In this document: piece by piece, positions 36,946-39,460 of the stretch
How the letters are laid out: each line of letters opens with the position of its first letter
Position numbering within the stretch: position 1 is the stretch's first letter
Origin: Candidatus Micrarchaeota archaeon
GTDB taxonomy: Archaea > Micrarchaeota > Micrarchaeia > Norongarragalinales > Norongarragalinaceae
Direction: 5' to 3'
Assembly (NCBI GenBank): GCA_037444485.1
Contig: JBBIMI010000007.1
Coordinates: 1-39,460, forward strand
Length of the DNA stretch: 39,460 bases
Program-made: the position numbers and the translations under genes
The notes under the pieces: generated by a model
What the model was told of the DNA's origin: nothing
What the model saw: the letters and a program-made list of their open reading frames with translations, nothing else
Databases searched by the model: none

Positions 36946-37617
36946 ATGGCGAGAGTTGGAAACAACTGCCTTGGCGGAGGAAGCAGTAAAGTCAAAGGTC
37001 AAATTGCTTTATGGATGTTGACGAAGTTCGCAATGATTTTCTTTATTTTAGCTCTCGCGCTCGTGTTGCTCGGGTATTCCGGAATAGAAAAAAAGAACTT
37101 GTGCGTCACTCGCGCTCAAGGACTCGCGAACGCTATTCGCTCGAGCATCGCAAACGTTTTGACTGCTCCTGTCGAGGACGAGCGGAAAGTGATTCCGCTC
37201 GAGCGAGTGCTGTCAATCGGTGAAAGCGATTACGTCAAGTACGCGATTAAAATAACTAACTTGGTGGGCCAATCCGACCAGCCTAACTCGTTAGTGATAG
37301 AAGTGCTGCCGACTGGCGCAAAAGACTGCAACGGCGGCGGAAACGTTGCTTACCCCAAGGAAGCGAAGATTGTTTTCGGCGGTTCTAAGGCGGCAGACAA
37401 GGAAGCGCTTGAATTCGACCCTTACGGTAAAGTTGAAGGCGTTGATAGGAGCTGGTATTTAGTTATCTTAAAGTGTAAAACAAAGTACTGGCCGTCGGAG
37501 GAATACGTTTACTTGGAAAACTGCAAGAATCAAGACCCGAGCAAGTGCATAAATTTCGAAAGCGTGCAAAAATGCTGCGGATGGCCGCAAAGCGGACAAC
37601 CGGCTTGTCCTCAATAA
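36946..37617 (+). CDS. Cys-rich type IV pilin-like protein (class III signal peptide)
   Basis: KG|QIALWMLTKFAMIFFILALALVLL; Cys-rich C-terminus. Confidence 0.72.
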   Translation: MARVGNNCLGGGSSKVKGQIALWMLTKFAMIFFILALALVLLGYSGIEKKNLCVTRAQGLANAIRSSIANVLTAPVEDERKVIPLERVLSIGESDYVKYAIKITNLVGQSDQPNSLVIEVLPTGAKDCNGGGNVAYPKEAKIVFGGSKAADKEALEFDPYGKVEGVDRSWYLVILKCKTKYWPSEEYVYLENCKNQDPSKCINFESVQKCCGWPQSGQPACPQ

Positions 37618-37696
37618 AAGATTTTGAATCCAAAAATGAAAAAAAGTTTTTGGAAAACAAAAACCGGAAAGAAAAAAGCGGGAAAAGTGAAATAAA

Positions 37697-38290
37697 GTGG
37701 GAAACGAAACCGAAAATCGAAATCGATGGAATCAAAGGCGGCGAGGTTTCGTCGGCCCGCTTGGAGACGATATTCCAAGCATTTTCCCGATAGTCGCTGG
37801 AGTGCTTTTATTTATTGGAACGCTTGTCTACGCTTTCGGGCTCGTGAACGAGAAAAACCAGTATTTGGAAATACGTCGCGCGGCGTTAACCCTGTCATAC
37901 ATAATGACGGAGAAAGGCGTTATGCCCAGCAAAACAGAATTCGATGAAAAATGCGGGTTGGCGAAGAAAACCGCTGACACGAACCGCGTGCGCGTTCTCG
38001 TGACGCTCAAGCGTTACTGCAAGAGCGTGGAATTGTTTCAAGGCGAGGTGGGCGCTAACAATAAACTAAGCCCGTTTTACTTAGAGGAATTCGGCGGCGA
38101 CGCGAGCACCAGCGACGACAATGGCAGGACGTGGTTGTGGTGCAGCAACGGGGAAATCATTCAAGGTAATCCGTTGTTTCAGCAGCCGAAAAACGCGGTT
38201 TTATTGAATTACCCGGTTGCGGTTCCGTGCCCTATCGAGAAGTCGTCCAAGCGCGGCGTAGGCTTGCTTAACGTCATCGTTTGGAGGTAA
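37697..38290 (+). CDS. Type IV pilin-like protein (class III signal peptide)
   Basis: RRRG|FVGPLGDDIP followed by a hydrophobic helix; terminal beta-strand G.L.V.VW. Confidence 0.68.
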   Translation: MGNETENRNRWNQRRRGFVGPLGDDIPSIFPIVAGVLLFIGTLVYAFGLVNEKNQYLEIRRAALTLSYIMTEKGVMPSKTEFDEKCGLAKKTADTNRVRVLVTLKRYCKSVELFQGEVGANNKLSPFYLEEFGGDASTSDDNGRTWLWCSNGEIIQGNPLFQQPKNAVLLNYPVAVPCPIEKSSKRGVGLLNVIVWR

Positions 38291-38338
38291 GAAAAAGAAG
38301 AAAAAGTAAGCAGGAAAGAAGGAGAGGCAGAAAATAAA

Positions 38339-39139
38339 GTGTTTCGAGAAAGTAAAGAGTTTAGGAGAGGGCAAGCAGCGATTTACGACGGCATTACTTT
38401 CCTGTTACTAGCGTCTTTCTCCAGCGGGTTGATATACGTTTTCGTCGCGACTTACGGACAAACTGAAGACTCGGCACTCAAAGCAAGCTACCAACTTAAT
38501 TACTTGCAGAGCGTCACGAAAGCATTTTACTACTTAGACGCGAGCGCGTTGAAGCTCGTCGACGCCACTGAACCCGGAGCTTCCGGAGGAATTCCTGTTT
38601 ATACGAATGATCCTAGCTTGAGCGGCAATAAAGGATGTTCCGCACTCGAGCCTTACAAGTACAGTCTTGCAGACTTGCTGAAACGCGATTTGGCGGACCC
38701 AGTAGACAAACAAAATCCGAGTAAGCCCGTTCCGATTCTCGACGACAATTACGGGATTATTGAAGCGCTAGGCAGGCAGGGCGCGAGGTGCGCGATGAAA
38801 GAACTCATGAAGCCGCTTGTTTATTCCGGTTACGAGTACGCTGTTGACGTGATAAACCCGAAAGCGCCGGGATCAGAAAACTTTATTGACGTCGAAGACG
38901 GAACCGCACGCATTACGAACAACGAGATCTTAAGCAACAAACTCACGAAAAAAGACTTGGTGTCCCCCGGTTTCGAGAACGGTCAATGTGTTTGGGTGCA
39001 AAAGCAAGGAATTCCAGTGTTGTCGATGGCCGCGCCATTCAGAGTCCTGCTTCCGCAAACTTCGGATAAAAACCAAGAAACGCGTGATTACGAGCTGCGG
39101 TTCTGCATTTGGTCCAAACGACCGTCACCCAGTGCGTAA
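38339..39139 (+). CDS. Type IV pilin-like protein (class III signal peptide)
   Basis: RRG|QAAIYDGITFLLLA; terminal L.FCIW strand. Confidence 0.72.
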   Translation: MFRESKEFRRGQAAIYDGITFLLLASFSSGLIYVFVATYGQTEDSALKASYQLNYLQSVTKAFYYLDASALKLVDATEPGASGGIPVYTNDPSLSGNKGCSALEPYKYSLADLLKRDLADPVDKQNPSKPVPILDDNYGIIEALGRQGARCAMKELMKPLVYSGYEYAVDVINPKAPGSENFIDVEDGTARITNNEILSNKLTKKDLVSPGFENGQCVWVQKQGIPVLSMAAPFRVLLPQTSDKNQETRDYELRFCIWSKRPSPSA

Positions 39140-39187
39140 TGCAAACGCAGCGCGAATGAAACTCGAATCAAGCAAGCCATTTTTTAA

Positions 39188-39378
39188 TCCCTTTGGCTGA
39201 GAAATCCGTTGTCCTTCAAGGCAACGGATGAATCAGCCACTAATTTTTTTGAACGCGTAATTACCTCTAGCGGCGTGTGATGTTCACGCCGCCGGAGGTA
39301 ACGAAATATGCCTAGCGTAAGCCAGCAAACGCTGGCAGCATACTAGAAATCCGTGGCCTTCAGGCCACGGTTATTTAA
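39188..39378 (+). mobile_element. Non-autonomous IS200/IS605-like mini-element (PATE/MITE-like), copy B
   Basis: Left end GGCTGA-GAA-ATCCGTTG..CAACGGAT-GAA-TCAGCC; internal hairpins; perfect right hairpin CCGTGGCC-TTCA-GGCCACGG followed by TTATTTAA; homologous to 23557-23762. Confidence 0.75.
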
Positions 39379-39460
39379 ATCCATCCACTAAAAACAATTT
39401 TGATTATGAAAACGAAAAAACAAAAAAACAAAAAAAAGAAAAAAAAGAAAAAAAAGAAAA

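Overview
Archaeal chromosomal DNA, most consistent with a DPANN-type lineage such as Micrarchaeota. This is an inference from deoxyhypusine synthase, archaeal SecF/SecD, an ADP-forming acyl-CoA synthetase beta subunit, a BHB-type tRNA intron, class III signal-peptide proteins, and CG-rich genes separated by AT-rich low-complexity spacers. The window is mostly housekeeping: a glmS-glmU-glmM UDP-GlcNAc operon, secF/secD, two tRNA-Leu genes (CAG; CAA with a 38-nt intron), SerRS, AspRS, an H+-PPase, glycosyltransferases and two beta-CASP nucleases, ending in five type IV pilin-like genes. The most notable signal is two diverged, ORF-less ~200-nt IS200/IS605-like mini-elements (23557-23762, 39188-39378) with covarying terminal hairpins and a shared structured 3' core, possibly stand-alone TnpB-type guide-RNA (omega/reRNA) loci. 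Other points of interest: a methanogen-type (Zn-dependent) SerRS, a long hairpin upstream of glmS, a processive GT2 (QRVRW) module, a catalytically degenerate Pth2 paralogue, several frameshifted or truncated genes, and pervasive short tandem duplications at gene boundaries. All family calls come from motif recognition by eye; no database searches were run.
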